Shown here piece by piece: positions 33,748 through 47,089 of a stretch of 64,000 nt of DNA (position 1 is its first letter; every line of letters begins with the position of its first letter). The position numbers and the translations under genes are program-made. Below the pieces are notes generated by a model. It made no database searches. It saw nothing but the letters and a program-made list of their open reading frames with translations, and was not told the DNA's origin. Origin of the DNA: Psammoneis japonica (Eukaryota); NCBI GenBank assembly GCA_008632985.1, contig QPGO01000007.1:806001-870000 (forward strand). Direction: 5' to 3'.

Positions 33748-34177
33748 TGCAGTGTGCCTCGCTGCTGGACAACACGGCGAGACCGTGCACAAGCCTCTTG
33801 CACATGGCAATGCAGTGTTGTTGACACGCACCTGGGAAGCACGACCACAGGAGGGCGTGGCTCTGGGTCTTAGGCAATTCCAGAAGGATGCCAAGAGAGC
33901 ATCCGTGTGAAGCACACTAGCCCGTCGTCTGGCCCACGATGGCAGTGGCATGAGATTCCACACGATGACATCACTCGTGCATGGCGCATGATGGCTTGAT
34001 TCGCACGATCCACAATGCGAACGCACGATCGATTTAACACGATCCAAATGCGAACGAACAGGGATTTGGCAAGATTCCCCATTCGCACGATCCCATTTTC
34101 TCTGCTCTAAACTAGCTCACAATTTTCACAACAACAAAGTCGCAACACATCTTCTTTTTCAGCACCCAGTGCATGCA
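33748..34177 (+). repeat. 3' LTR of Gypsy-1
   Basis: Follows the PPT and aligns with the 5' LTR. Confidence 0.9.
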
Positions 34178-36149
34178 CAGGGCAAATGACAATGGTTGGG
34201 AAGCAAAGGCCTTGTCTTGTGTCAGGCAATGGCGTGCAATCTTGGTGCCATGGCACCTTCCTGCTGCAGCGTCTTCACCAATCTGCCCAACAGGGCACAT
34301 TTTGCCCGCATCTTGGGCCTTGGAACAAAGCAAAATGGCTGCAACACTGATGCCATTGTTCCACTTTGCAATGATGGAACTGTTGTTGCACTTGCATCCA
34401 AGCTTCTTAATTGCCGCACACCCTCAAAACTGAGTGCAGCATCATTCTTTTGTTGGCAACAAGATTTGAAGTTCTCACGTGACCCAAAAAGCGTGGTCCA
34501 CAATGACTTCTAAATTGCATTGAATGCATTGCACAACACACACCAATGGGTCATGAAGGCACACACAATTGTTTTTATTCAGCGTCAAGTTGACAGAGTT
34601 GAGTGTTGCAAAGAATCCTGCATCACAATCAGAGGAAGAGACAAAGAGGCATCAATGACATCAGGAGTCAAAAGTCCGTTGACAAGACACAACAAATGGA
34701 CAAAATCAAAAACACAACCATGCCATCATGTGGAGTGCAGTCTCATTGATCTGTCCCAGCACTTTTGCCTTCTTTCTTGTGACAGATGCATTGCACAAAT
34801 GGGCAAATTCTTGGCAGTGGATGGTGCCATTTTTGTGGTTTTGTGAAAAGCAATGTTGTGTCTTGATTTTGGAACTTCACAATTGAATGTGAACATGAAA
34901 CACTGCCTCAATTGACTGCAAACTCATTGCCCAAAGGTGCAAATTTTTAAAAAAACATTTGTGTGCATGTCAGCCCAAATCATCCCGGGTTCCTCACCTC
35001 CTCACTTTGTGTCCAGAGTTCCTGCCATGAAGGAGGAACCAATGCACCTGCGCAATGCCAGGTTTTGTCACTTGTGCTACAAAAAGTGTGGCAAACAGTC
35101 AGTTGCTTGTGCGCCGCCAGCACAAAATTCAAAGATTTGGAACTCTTTGAAAATGTCTCTGCTCCGGTGGCCACTGCACTGTGGAACACTTTCTTCATGA
35201 GAGCACTTCTTGCCATTTGCCAGAGGTTGAGCGCATGCTTGCTTGGGAACAAAAACAAACAAGGGCTTTGATCCAACCTTTCTGCAGGGCACTGGAGGTT
35301 GCGGCCGCCAAGGAGAAGTGCCAAAGCAAGCTGCTGTGCTCCTGTTGGGCTGGTTTGCACTGTCCCAGAACACGCTCCAGTTTTTGAACAGTCAGAGCAA
35401 TTGCAGTCAATGAAGCAACTGCCCATGTGGTGCACAAGACTGTTGCAAAAACAGTGCAGTTTGTGCCTCCATGGGCCACTCCTTGTTTCATGACCAAGAC
35501 TCATTGACAGATGCACCTCAAACACCCAATTGCAGATGAAGCCCACCTCCCATTGGCCCAAAACAAGGCCAGGAATGGCATTGACACCACAAGAGAAATC
35601 CAGCTGCAACAGGTGTTCATTCCAGCAACATGTGGCAAAAGGATTCACCAATTGCATCTGCCCAAAGACCGGGGCCCACTTTGCCAAGCCGGGTGTCAGA
35701 TCCAAATTTTGGAAAGGGAAAAACAACCAATTGGCCAACCCATGCAAGCAATCTCACCCAGGGTGATCAAGATCACTGCCCATCAGCAACAAAAGGGTGG
35801 CATGTTTTGAAAAAGAAAAAAAACAAAAGATGCAAGCCCAATGAGGTCAGAATCTAATGAGAGTTTGGCAGAATCCTGAAAGAAAATGTGCAGGGTTTGC
35901 ACAGCTCATGTTGTCTCAACACTTGTTGCAAACAAGAACCTTGCAATGACAGAAAAACTCTTTGTTCAAGAGGCTGTTGGAGTCATGATGGAGAGTTGGG
36001 GCCTGCAGCGCAAGCTCATTGCCCACAGTCATGGTTGCGCAAAAGTGCGGTGAGGAGCCAATGCACACATCACAAGTGCTGTTGACAAGGCATTTTGCAC
36101 ACAAGATTTCCACAATGAGCAACTCAAATGCCATGCCATCATCACTGTT

Positions 36150-37890
36150 GCCTCTTGGGTGCAATGCTGTGTGCACTCTCACACTGACAAATTGAGCTCT
36201 TTGGCACATGAGACCATCTCCACTGACCATGACCCCAACTCTTCCTCCCTTTTGCTGACTCAACTGACCCACTCAAGTCTTTTGGTGCTCTTTGTTGCCA
36301 CTCCACCCCTGTGGCCACCTCCACCCCATGTCTTGTCCCTTTCAAATGCCCCCTTGATCTCATCCTTTTTTGAAAATCTTCCTCCTTCTGTCCAGCCTCA
36401 CTTTGCGACCAGCTGCTTCCTTGCCCTTCACAAAAACCAGTCTGACCCTTCCAAGCTCTGACCTGTTGGGGTTGGCACCTCCATCCATTGCATTGCTGGC
36501 ACACTCATCATGTTCCTCTTTGCCTCCATCTTTGTTGCTGAGATTTTCTCACCTCAGGCCAGTTTGGCATTGATGTCCATGGTGGCATGGATTTTCTGAT
36601 CCACTCTGTTTGTGCAAACATCAAAGGCTGCCTCTCCCCTGATGCCACTCCTCTCAAAGCAATGGCAGTGATCCTGGACCTTGGCAACTTTTTCAATGAG
36701 GCATCATCATGTGATGCCTGCCACCATGCTCTGTCTGCTTCCTCCCCTTGTCAACCCTTGCCACCTTTCTTCAACCTCATTTGTCAACATGTCCCAATCA
36801 ATGCTGATGCCTGGACCACTGCCTCCAATGGCCCTCCTTTTTTCAACAGGCTTTGTCCAAGGTTGCCCATTTGGCCCTGCCTTTTCCAGCCTTGTCCTTG
36901 CCCACATCTGCATGCTCCTCAAGCAAGAGCTCCATCAGCACCTCCCTTTTCACTCCAAGTTGGCCACCTCTTCTTGCCCAAATGGCACCCGTGCTTTTCT
37001 CCCATGCTCTGCAATCTCTTGGTTCCCAGACCAGCTGTCTTCACTGCCCCCCCCCCCCATTGGCATCATTCTCAACCAAGCCAAAACCAAAATGCTGACA
37101 TCTGCCTCTGGCTCTTCCCCCTCTTTGACCACCTCTGATGCCACCACTCTCTCCAACACCTTCAACTTCATCAACCCTGACAACAACCCTTCCATGCAGC
37201 CTGAGGTTGCCACCAGCATCTGTTTCCTTGGGCACAACCCATTGAGTCCTCATCCTCTTTGCCTCCAACTTCCTCCAATCCAAGCCCTGCCATTGCCAAA
37301 GCCCTCCACCATGACTTGCCACTTGTCTCAAAGACAAGCAAAACCCAAAAGCACTCTCTTCCACCACTGTGCCATCCCTTCTGTCACCCACCCACTTGCA
37401 GCCAATGCACGTTGCAACTTCCACCCCTCCAACCCTTCTGAATCCCCAGATCTCTTCCTCCAATGGGCATCTCCATTTGCCAATGCCATCATTGGCCATT
37501 CTCCCTGTTTCCTCTCCTGTCTTGCAGCCACCCCTCTCCTGCTCCTGACTGCCACCCTCTTCATCACCTCCCTCCCCATCTCCCTTCTCTTGGTGGCACA
37601 GGTTGCTGCAACACACCTGCTTCTGCTGTCCCTTCCTTCCTTTCCTCTCATGCATGCTCCCTCCACTTTGCAAAACATGGCAATTCTCTTGTCGGAGACC
37701 AACACGCTTTTGCATCCCATCCAGCCACTCGGCTGCTCTCTCCTTGTGGTTTGACCCATGCTCCACCTGTGTCTCTGCACCATCTCATGTTGTTTTGCCC
37801 CCACCCTTTTCTCCCTGGACTTTTCTGCTGCCTGCAGCTCTCTCTCCTCTGCTGCATGTGACCATGACCTCCATGGCCTCTCCCAGCCCA
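36150..37890 (+). mobile_element. Degenerate non-LTR retrotransposon RT relic (CRE/early-branching type)
   Basis: 'QFGIDVHGGMDFLIH', 'ILDLGNFFNE', 'GFVQGCPFGPAFSSL' and 'GIILNQAKTK' resemble RT subdomains of this group. Truncated by the Gypsy-2 LTR. Confidence 0.6.
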
Positions 37891-37892
37891 CC

Positions 37893-40800
37893 TGCAGCAT
37901 GCGACTGTTATATACATATTCATGATTATATATTATTTATATGTCAATCGTACCACAGTCGTGGATGCGTACAAAGGACAGAACGATCACACAGAGTTGA
38001 TCGGATGTCGAGAATTGCAAATACGATCGATTGACGATGTTGACATCTTACGTGTCAACAGCAATCGTATCCGGACAATCTGTTGTCACGAATATATTCT
38101 CCGAAAGGCCTTTTGTCTGTAGAAGCAGTACAGAAGCTTTAGGCCATTGAGAACTCGTTCGGAGAAACCAAAAATCACAGAGCAAAATTCAATCTCATAA
38201 TTTCCACTTTTCGTACACTGTTCTACTTTCGTTTACACTCGTTCTTCGAGCATAGTGCATTGTGCACACACACCACAGAAGGTAAAAAGCACGGAAAATG
38301 AAAATTTTAACTAATGTGCCTTTGCAAATTCTTCTATGAACAGGAACGAATCGCGTCAGTTCTGCTGGAATCGATTTCCGAGCGGAAGAAGCTCAAGCCG
38401 AGCAGCACCTCAAGATGGAACGCTGTTTTTCGTCTACCAGACAAGAGGATTCGCTCTAATGCGGTCTGTTCCAAGCACCCAAGGATCAAGGGCTCTCAAG
38501 TGCACCGCATTGTCAAAAAATCTACACCAAGTCATGGTTGCAGAGAACGCAAGTTCCGAGTCGATCAGGTCCGAGAAACACGTCTGGCATGCAAGGAGAG
38601 ACTATTGGAGAGTTTTTGGAGACCGAATCAACGAGCCTCGAGTCCAAGAGCAAGATGGAACCGTTGGAAAGTACCTCAAGAGTCTCACGTCTCATGTCTT
38701 TCCAAGAACTGCACTTCAGAATCAGAGTTGTTATTTTCAAGACGATCTGAAGAAACCAGAGCTGCTTGACAGCAAGAAAGCCTCTGTTAGACCCAAGAGG
38801 TCAATGATGAGAGTCCATGCGACCCTCAGATGGATTCTAAGTCGAATCTAGCGGGAAACCGAGCGCTGATTTGTCAGCTGTCACTCGCACCGCAAGGATG
38901 GCAGCATCAGTCTACTGTCCAAAACAATCAACTGTTGCAACTCATCCTTGATGAGCTGATTAAGTTTTGAGTCATCTAAAGGTCGTTCATGACGTCCGTG
39001 ACGAAAAAACATGTCAACTCAGGCTCTGATGGCGCAGTTGGTTCCAAAATAAAAAAGGCCCCAAATTTGGTTCCAAAAATGGTCTCCTGCATGGTGCCAG
39101 AACAATCCAAAGTGAATGCAAGGTCTTGTCTTTGAAAAAAGAACACCTGCATCACGGATTGAAGCCACTCTAAAAATGAACTAGCAAAAGAGTGCAAGGG
39201 TGACTCTGAAAGAGACCCAAAAATGCGCCGTTCAAATGGCAATCGCACGCGGTCGCGTCGCGACAACGAAAATGCCGCTCGCAAAAAAAGAGATGAACGT
39301 CATGATTGATCAGGCGGTTCAAAAAATGCTCAAAGCGAGTTCCTTGAACAAAGAAAAAGAGCAAAAGGGCAAAGAATCAGATTCTGACACCCTCAGTGAA
39401 GAAAAGAGCCAATTTGATCGGATGATCCAGACTGAATCCGAAGAATGATTTTGGTCTGTTCACGAATTGTGTGCTTTGCTGGATGTTGGGAAGCCTAGAA
39501 AAAAGGCAGAAATAATTCACACTGGTCCAGGAGTCATCATTTATGTGAACACTTCCTTGGGAAAGGAGAAAAAAAAAAACATCTACGTGTTCCCATCGAC
39601 AACGGAACATCGTCAACCACAATTTTGCGCAAATTCGTGCGAAAGTTGAGAACACAAGAATCCGCCACCAAAAACTTGGGAAACCAAGGGTGAGCTCTTT
39701 ACGACTGACAGCAAACACCGAGTTCAGTTCTCACCATGCGAAATTTAAGGCATGCTGACATGCAAACAGTGTGTGTTGAAAACACCAAATTTTCTTCAGG
39801 TTCAAATGATGTGATCATGGGACGCGACTTAATGTCCAGTCCTGCAAGTCACATTGGACTGCGCAAATGAAGAAATCTAATGGGAAGAAGCAATTGCCTT
39901 ATGAAGAATGTTCCACACNNNNNNNNNNNNNNNNNNNNNNNNNNNNNNNNNNNNNNNNNNNNNNNNNNNNNNNNNNNNNNNNNNNNNNNNNNNNNNNNNN
40001 NNNNNNNNNNNNNNNNNNNNNNNNNNNNNNNNNNNNNNNNNNNNNNNNNNNNNNNNNNNNNNNNNNNNNNNNNNNNNNNNNNNNNNNNNNNNNNNNNNNN
40101 NNNNNNNNNNNNNNNNNNNNNNNNNNNNNNNNNNNNNNNNNNNNNNNNNNNNNNNNNNNNNNNNNNNNNNNNNNNNNNNNNNNNNNNNNNNNNNNNNNNN
40201 NNNNNNNNNNNNNNNNNNNNNNNNNNNNNNNNNNNNNNNNNNNNNNNNNNNNNNNNNNNNNNNNNNNNNNNNNNNNNNNNNNNNNNNNNNNNNNNNNNNN
40301 NNNNNNNNNNNNNNNNNNNNNNNNNNNNNNNNNNNNNNNNNNNNNNNNNNNNNNNNNNNNNNNNNNNNNNNNNNNNNNNNNNNNNNNNNNNNNNNNNNNN
40401 NNNNNNNNNNNNNNNNNNNNNNNNNNNNNNNNNTGCAATCTATTTGATTCAAACATGGAATGCCACCATGTCAAATAAAAAAAGCACACGTCGTGCTCAC
40501 ACGAAAATCATGCCGTGGGGAGAAAATGAGCACCACGGACTTCCAATGAGAATCTGTGGAGCCCCAGACATTTTTGTGCAACACTTGAGTGAACTCATGA
40601 CAGGTTTGAAGTTGTCAGAACGACTGTGTGTGATCGTTTGTGCCTGACAAAAGTAACTTCAAAATGTCACCTGTGCAAGTGACAGCTTAATGCGGCATTC
40701 AAACGACTGGAACAGTCGCTCAGAAGGTTGACAACAAAAGTCCTTCACTGTTTAACTTGAAATGAACTGTCAAGACTTCCACACGTAACGACATGCAATC

Positions 40801-42606
40801 GATTGCAAAGAAAATGGAGGCGATTCAAGCAATCGCAACACGAGAAAAACGTGAAGAACACTGCGACATCTCGTTGTCATGCGTCACCATTGTCGAGACA
40901 TGCAGTCTCAACGATCTCCTGTGCAACACTGGCCAAATTCACCTCAGTGAAGGTCAAACGGCAAAAGTGCAAGCACGGAACGAAAAGTCTCTGAAAACAT
41001 GGAGCGCATCAAATCAAAAACTACATTGTTGTCACACACGCATTTCAACATTGTGCGTTGCAACGGAAAAAGAACTTCTGTCCACAGTGAAAACACTTAT
41101 AAAATTCCGAAATTGCTGTTTGGCCAACAGATTTGTGCATGTGCGGATCACAAGACACAACGGACAAAGTCATACGTTGACAACTTCAGTCCCGAATTAG
41201 AACACAACGAGGGCAAGGCGAACATCGTCGCGACAGACGCGATCAGCCGACTCACCATAGAAAATTGAATCCTACGACAATGTCCTGCCGTTAAAACGGG
41301 ATAAAGACATTCCCTCCAAATTGTCGGACGCGACACATCATACGAACACTTTTCGTGGAGGCGAGCGAGATCGAAAAATGCTCATGTCACAAGGATAAAA
41401 TCGCCTTTTTAAAGGACGATTTAGGAAAAAACAGTGACAGATTGGTATACATTATACGTATCCACTTCACACTGGCAAAAGACAATCTCACAACACCCGT
41501 ACGGTTGTATTGTACAATGTACGAGGCAAGACATTAAAATGTGCTTCATGTCGACACACGAGATGTGCCAAAGATCTAGAAAAAGAAAAGAAAAATGGAC
41601 ATTTATCCACTTAGTGCACGAAACCAGTGCCTTCGGAATGACAAAATAACACCGGTATGTCAGAAAGAAACGTCCAAATAACGATTAAAATCCAACTGAT
41701 AGATGGTTGAAGTACAAAAAAAAAAATCCATAATGGAATTCATAACCATCACAGGATTGATTATCAAGACGAAATGGTCATAATATCTTTGACCATCGTT
41801 TATTATTACTTATGAAACGTGGTAGTGCAGCAGAGCAATATGGCATATAAAGTAAGCCCGCCAAACTACATGAAATCCACAAGTAAGTAAGTGAACGCCA
41901 TAATTAAGAGCGTACATTAAGTACTGGGCACGATGCTATGTACAATCGATATCAGGAAAAACACTTACTCCAGGACAATTAGTCCTTGTGTTCATATCAA
42001 CAAGAACGTCAATGAGAATACTCGACGTAATACTATATATATACATATTAAGTGAGAAACAAACAATGTCACTCTCAAAAGACATTCGGAAATTGGAACG
42101 GCCCTATATTGCCTATACAAAACAACAACAGTCATTGCTAATGGCACAATACAGTGAAAGTGGAGACATTATTGACACTGTCGATGTCCGTCGAATAATC
42201 CACTTACAAATGACTCTAATGTGCAATTAGGGAGGCGAATGCAGTATGCGACTGTTATATACATATTTATGATTATATATTATTTATATGTCAATCGTAC
42301 CACAGTCGTGGATGCGTACAAAGGACAGAACGATCACACAGAGTTGATCGGATGTCGAGAATTGCAAATACGATCGATTGACGATGTTGACATCTTACGT
42401 GTCAATAGCAATCGTATCCGGACAATCTGTTGTCACGAATATATTCTCCGAAAGGCCTTTTGTCTGTAGAAGCAGTACAGAAGCTTTAGGCCATTGAGAA
42501 CTCGTTCGGAGAAACCAAAAATCACAGAGCAAAATCCAACCTCATAATTTTCACTTTTCGAACTTCGTTCTACTTTCGTTTACACTCGTTCTTCGAGCAT
42601 AGTGCA
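37893..42606 (+). mobile_element. Ty3/Gypsy LTR retrotransposon (Gypsy-2) spanning an assembly gap; internal region heavily frameshifted
   Basis: 367-bp LTRs at 37893-38259 and 42240-42606 with TGCAG(T/C)ATGC..GCATAGTGCA termini. PPT AGGGAGGCGAA. Fragments 'DVIMGRDL', 'IMPWG..LPMRICGAPDIF', 'TEKELLSTV', 'GKANIV..DAISRL'. Flanks CCACC/CCACA. Confidence 0.85.
39919..40433. other. Assembly gap (run of N)
   Basis: 515 consecutive N. Confidence 0.99.
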
Positions 42607-42619
42607 CCACAGCTCTGAC

Positions 42620-42980
42620 CGAGGCCACAAAAGTGCTTGTTGACATCCAAAACAATGCGGGTGCATCCAGCAAAAAGAGAAAGGTTGTCAGAACACTCAA
42701 GCATTTCACGCAGCCAAAAGACACAGGCTGGAGGCACAAGACACCAAGAAAGTGCAAAGGGTGGTTGCCAAAGGCCAACAAGTTCTTTGCTGACATGGTC
42801 ATGGAGATCAAGCAAGATGTTGCAAGCGGACACCTCAGCCAGTGGGAAGAGCTTTGCAGAGCCATCACAACTGAGTGAGATCAACGGGCAGCAGAAGAAG
42901 CACTGGGCAGCTTGGATGATGAAGTTGACCACCAGGTCAACTGTGCCAAAATCTATGAACTGGAGTTGGCGCCAGTTTAG
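42620..42980 (+). repeat. Relic 3' end of the unidentified ORF family, copy 2
   Basis: 'TPRKCKGWLPKANKFFADMVMEIKQD..WEELCR' and 'CAKIYELELAPV*'. Homologous to 5420-5770. Confidence 0.7.
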
Positions 42981-43399
42981 TTGAGATTAACTTGGCAGCA
43001 ATGACTCGCATTCACACTTGTTGACAATCGATTGCAGCAGAGACACACAATGAATGGACAAGACAATGGAAAACATTGTTTGAACGTGCAAGTCAACCAA
43101 TTGACTGTGACAGCAAAGATTGAAAATGAGCCCCAATGCTGAATTTGGCAATCACCCAGTCAGCAATGATGAGCCAAGTGAATTCCCACAAAGGAACTCA
43201 TTTGGATCTGCAAACTGATTGAGTTTCACCTCACTCATTGAAATCAATGACTGTTTGTTGATGTCCCTGGACATTTGTTGGCATGCATGGACATTCATTC
43301 ATTTTTGGTCACTCCCATTTGTGATGAACAGGTGTGATTTGTGTTGAGTGGCAATGGTTCATCACAAATGAATTTGTGTGCCGACACTCACACTCACAC

Positions 43400-45650
43400 A
43401 CGCTGTCTGCAACATTGTCCGTTGGTCCGACCACAAGACAATTCATGGAAATGGGCCTCTGATGATGTGTGCACCTGCACAGCAGGAGGGATTTGCAGGC
43501 AGAAGCAGGAAAGCTGTCATCAGCTCCTTCTTGATTGAAAAAATCCAAGCAGGATGGTCAAGGGCGCATGTGTGTTTCTGCAGGTCACAGAGACCTCCTT
43601 TCTCTGACTGGAAAGCTGCAGAGGGCATTCCCCCCTGCAGCTTGACAATCCACAAGTCAAGGACAAATGTGCACCACTGCCTCTCCACATGGCTTGCAAG
43701 GATGGTTGGAATTGCCAGCCAAAAGTGGAGTCACTTCAGAGCTGTCCCTGCACATTTGAGATTGCACAGGATGCTCTGCAAAGGTGTGCAAACCAAACCA
43801 TGAATTTCCAGTTCACTGCTGGGCCTTTCAAAAATGTGCCAATCAAAATTCTCTTCTTGTTGCCATGCACCCACACACTCAAAAAGTGCCCAACTCAGTT
43901 GAGGTTTGCAGCATGGGTTGCTGGCACACTGAAGCTGCCTCTGGAGCATGCAAAACACAACAAAAAAGTCTTTGAATGTCTGGCATGGTGCATTTGTCAG
44001 AGGGATCTGGCTTTTCTGTTGCACCCAATGTTTGAGGACAGAGGCACTCAAGGCAGCAAGCAGCGAGTGCACTTGCTGTGGCTTTTCAAGCATTTTCCAG
44101 CCCAAGTGGACAAAACTTGGGGGTCCAACTGGACATTTCCATTGCATGTTGCATGGCTTTTGTGGATGACATGCACTCAAAAGATCAGCTGGCAACCTTT
44201 GTTGGACAAGCACCCCCCCTCACTTTGAGGACAAAGCAGACAGAAAATGAGTGGCTGAAGCTGCTGAGAAGAATGAGATGTTGTGCACTTGCCAGCATCA
44301 GGCAAAGATGACACATCCCTGTGCACAGCTCTGCTGCACAAGATTTGAGACATGAGAACAAGCAGAAGAAAAAGGAAGTGGCCAATCCACGTGCAGAGCA
44401 CCAAAGCTGCTGCAACAGCAAAAAGAGCTCAGTGTGTTGCAGCGAAGAGAAAAATGAGGCACTCTCACTCTAAAGACATGTTCAAAGATGACAACTTTGC
44501 ATGGGACAAGAATGATGAGAACAAATTGATCCCACACTTCTTGGATTGATGGCAAGAGAAGTTCTGCACCCGCATTGGTGCTGCCCCTGGGATTGTCCAG
44601 TGGTGCACTGCACCACAGGCAGCAAGGAAACAGCCCACAGCCAACAAGAAGTGGTGTTGGTGCAACAGCTCTGCACTCTGGTGCACTCAAAACCACTGCT
44701 GCTGGCCCACACATGTGGCTTGTGCAGCACTGCTGGTGGCACAACTCTTTCATGTGGAGCTCAAGATCAATCGCCAAGGGATTCCAGCAATTGCGTGAGC
44801 ACAAAGGCTTGCAAAGCTGACCACCAATCCCCCATGGTCAGCCCAACATGTGCTCATTGGAGAGCTGTTTGAGGGCACGCCACTTGGACAAGGAGTTGAC
44901 ATTCTTGCCATTCCAGACAAGGCAGTGTGTGCCAACTGTCTGGAGGGAAAGCATCAAGGCCACAGCAAGATGCAGCAAGGAAGAAGCTGTGCAGCAGGGG
45001 CCTTCTTCTGAGATTGCTGTGATGTCTCATGTCAATTCAAAAATTGCAGCACATCACAAAGATGCCTGTGCACTGTGCACTGTGCTGATTTGTCTCAACA
45101 TGCCAGCAATGAGAGACAAAAAGTGCAGGAAGCACCAAGTTTTTGGGAAATGTCTTGTTTCCATTTTTTGGCTCAGAGCATGCAAGATGGTGTTCTTGTG
45201 CAGCTTCCAGCAGGAGGAAGTCAAAGATTGCAACAAAGCATCAAGCATGCAATGATGCTGGTGTGAGCAAAGGGGGTGAGAAAACCATGCCACAGTTTCA
45301 AATCATTTTGTGCAGTGCCGACGTCATTTCGTGCATTGTTGAATGCCTTCATTGAATGACTTGTGAGTGATGTTTCCATTTTGGAAGGGCCAAAGAATCT
45401 CATTTGTTGCTGAGCTTCCAAGCTGCAATCACAGCAAATGTCCAGTGTTTTGGAATCCATCCAAGAACATGCAAATTGGCTGCAGATGGGCTCATTTGGT
45501 GTGGGGTCTCCCTTTTGACATGGAGAGGCTGCACTCAGCTCAGACTGGCATTCTTGGAAGCAGTTGCCATTGCACCCTTCCTCACACCATGCTCTTGTGG
45601 CCATCACATCCTGCAACAAAGCTGATGGTCTTGTTTTTTTTTTTTGTGCA
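43400..45650 (+). pseudogene. Highly decayed relic, possibly of an ankyrin-like 'LPLH' repeat gene
   Basis: Scattered 'KDKCAPLPLHMAC', 'LKLPLEHA', 'FPLHVA' and 'QLPLHP' motifs. TpA and CpG almost absent. Confidence 0.35.
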
Positions 45651-46294
45651 TGACAAGGGCAGAAGATCTGGGTGAGAAATGCCTTCAGTTGGCAAAGGGG
45701 TTGTCAGAGACCCCCCAAGCACAATCAAGAACATTGGTGCTGGTGGAGCTGGGGTGCTGACATCCCCGGGTGACAGATCTTCCAGGTGACTGCAGCTGCA
45801 GAATTGCCACGGAGGAGGCATTGCACTCTCTGGCCAATTTCCCCCCCCAAACAATCTCTTTGGGTGGTGGAGTCCTGGCTGACAACGAATCAAGTCGGGT
45901 CCCGAGAACGGCCACCACTTGGTGTCCCGGTTCTCTGGGGTTCCTCAGACGGGAACCGGCGAATGGTGCACCGGCGAATGGGAAAAGCGTTAGAATTTCA
46001 AACGAAATCCGTTGAACTGCACAGTGCTGTCATTTTCATGTCACCAAACGGAAGCAATAAGTGGTCATGTGTCGATCATGCTAGCCCGGGTCCAGCACCA
46101 ATATCTGCCTCCTCGGGCGTGAGGATGCGTTCACCCTTGGACCAGAATGTGGTGACAAAATAGAGAATGTAACGTTTAATCACTACTCTCTCTGTACAAT
46201 CGCAAAAGGCGAAGACAACAACTACTACTGTATGCTATTCTCGTTACACTTAAGAAGAGAGCCCAATCGTCCTCTCACAAAGGACCAATCGTCT

Positions 46295-47089
46295 TTAGAA
46301 GCCTGCAGCAACAGTTGGATCCTGAGGAGGAGCACCCTCCATACCAAGTGGCATGGCCGCCGCAGCGGCTGCAGCCGCAGCTGCTGCAGCCGCAGCTTCT
46401 TGTTGAGCAATCAAAGTAGCGGGACTCGGCTCTTCTTTCGGTTCCATAATTGTAACAACATCATCTAAAGGAATCTTTGGTCCCTGTACACCGCTAGGAT
46501 CATGCGGAAGCATGATACTGACCTTAATTCCAATAACACCCTGACGCATAAGTACGTGACGGACGGCAGTATCCGTGTAAACCTGACCAGCATGACCAGT
46601 CTTGATCATGTACCCGTCACCAAATTTCATTGCCTTAGCACGCTGTCCTCGCAGTTTTCCAGTCACAATAACTTCGACACCCTTGGCGGATGCTTCCATG
46701 ACGAAACGGACCACACCATAGCAAGCACGGCGAACAGCCAATCCTCCGAGAAGCTTGAACTTGAGAGACTCAGCTTGTGCCTGCGCACAGAGTCCACGGT
46801 TCTGCACACGCTCCGCGTAAAGCTCGACGGCTCCGTCGGCAAAGTTGAAACGCTTCTGCACGACACTCGTGAGTTCACGAATGCGCTGTCCCTTTTCTCC
46901 AAGGACAGACTGGGTGCGAGTAGCACGAATAATGATTTCCGTGCGGTGAGGGGTGGTCCTCACCTCGACGCCAGCGTAACCATCTTCGGCCAATTCAGAA
47001 ATCAACAACTCGTTGAGCTCAGCGTTGAAGACACCGTCAGCGACAAACTTGCGCTTGGTGGAGAGACGACTGCGGCGAGTAGCAGACAT
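46295..47089 (-). CDS. RPS3: 40S ribosomal protein S3 (uS3)
   Basis: '[50 protein letters not shown]'. ATG at 47089. Single exon. Confidence 0.97.
   Translation of the reverse strand: MSATRRSRLSTKRKFVADGVFNAELNELLISELAEDGYAGVEVRTTPHRTEIIIRATRTQSVLGEKGQRIRELTSVVQKRFNFADGAVELYAERVQNRGLCAQAQAESLKFKLLGGLAVRRACYGVVRFVMEASAKGVEVIVTGKLRGQRAKAMKFGDGYMIKTGHAGQVYTDTAVRHVLMRQGVIGIKVSIMLPHDPSGVQGPKIPLDDVVTIMEPKEEPSPATLIAQQEAAAAAAAAAAAAAAMPLGMEGAPPQDPTVAAGF

Larger units (their letters stand above)
28908..34177 (+). mobile_element. Full-length Ty3/Gypsy LTR retrotransposon (Gypsy-1)
   Basis: LTRs ~28908-29332 and ~33748-34177. TGG-starting PBS at 29333. PPT GGGGGAGTG. Gag 29401-30447 (frameshifted). Protease 'ALLDSGAS'. 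RT 'YLDD'. RNase H 'DASK..ERELLAIVE'. Integrase HHCC and DDE regions. Confidence 0.95.

Noticed and set aside
36150..37890. Strong C/T skew on the plus strand
   Set aside because: It coincides with the non-LTR relic and is plausibly that family's own strand bias plus decay; no independent structure seen.
39867..40647. ORFs of 180-255 aa spanning poly-X
   Set aside because: Artefacts of the N gap.
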